A DNA stretch of 64,000 bases from assembly GCF_006345805.1 (NCBI RefSeq), contig NC_042999.1, positions 107,446,001 to 107,510,000 of the forward strand. Reading direction: 5' to 3'. Source of the DNA: Octopus sinensis (Eukaryota). Below the pieces are notes generated by a model. That model worked only from the letters and a program-made list of their open reading frames with translations. It was not told the origin of the DNA and ran no database searches. Below, one piece after another: positions 63,362-64,000 of this stretch. The translations under genes and the position numbers were made by a program. The number at the start of each line of letters is the position of its first letter. Position 1 is the stretch's first letter.

Positions 63362-63404
63362 TATACATATATGATATATACATATATTTGATGTGTGTGT
63401 GTGT

Positions 63405-63660
63405 CACACTTTGAGTTCAACCTGTTAGTGTTGAGATTACCTTTTTTCTCTCTTCTGATGCTGATGAAATATGCATCAATTTATGCAAATATTGCGGAGG
63501 AGGATTGTTGTATTTAATTGATGATATCTTTGATGAAAGTCCCCACAATCCAACATGGCAACAATCTAACAACTGAATCCAGAAAATGAAGGCAAAAGTA
63601 ACTTAAAGGAAAGAAGACCAACAAGAAACAAAATTAGATATTTAATATTTATTAATCAAT
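63405..63660 (-). mobile_element. Possible highly decayed Penelope-like GIY-YIG remnant
   Basis: Across frameshifts DSVVRLLPC / DCGDFH / SSAIF, loosely like SxVVYxxPCxDC..YIG...SAIxxH. Confidence 0.25.
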
Positions 63661-64000
63661 TTTCAATTCATTCCAACAAATTTAATTCCAGAAATGGTGT
63701 TGATGAAGAAAATTTGTAATTAAGAATTGCAAAGAAAATATTAAATTCATAAAAAATAAAGATGCTCTTCTTTATATTCATTATAAAGAATTTTAAATCT
63801 ACTTCCAATGTATCAGACACTTGATATTTTCTAGTTCTTCATGAGAGAATGTAGAGAAAACTCACAATCAATAGCAGATTCAATTTATTGAATCAAACTT
63901 GGCAGCTAGTTGGTACAGAATCTATATTTTATTCCTTGTAATGAATGCCATGACAATAGCGATTTTAAAATATGTCATAACATTAGAAATTTTCTCTACC

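Overview
AT-rich, repeat-saturated eukaryotic DNA with no confidently identifiable host protein-coding gene, rRNA, true tRNA or CRISPR array. The repeat complement (very dense (TA)n/(CA)n/(CAT)n microsatellites, several tRNA-derived SINE families, RTE, CR1-group and Penelope-like retroelement relics, many Tc1/mariner and hAT relics) is typical of an octopus genome; this is an inference from repeat content, and the window is probably intronic or intergenic. Almost all ORF-track entries are microsatellite or SINE artefacts. Best-supported elements: a near-intact DD34D mariner (45310-46601), three further mariner relics, a maT-like deletion derivative, an RTE reverse-transcriptase fragment with an embedded C4HC3 finger, two CR1-group LINE fragments, a Gypsy protease/RT relic, hAT relics and a Penelope-like GIY-YIG fragment. 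The most interesting signal is at RNA level: one complete type I hammerhead ribozyme (37397-37444) and several minimal Penelope-type hammerhead motifs. Four of these sit in the arms of two unrelated inverted duplications whose arms are both ~162 bp, and one of those loci also shows a ~340-bp tandem period reminiscent of retrozymes. All calls were made by eye; boundaries of decayed repeats are approximate, and the family labels A-F are my own.
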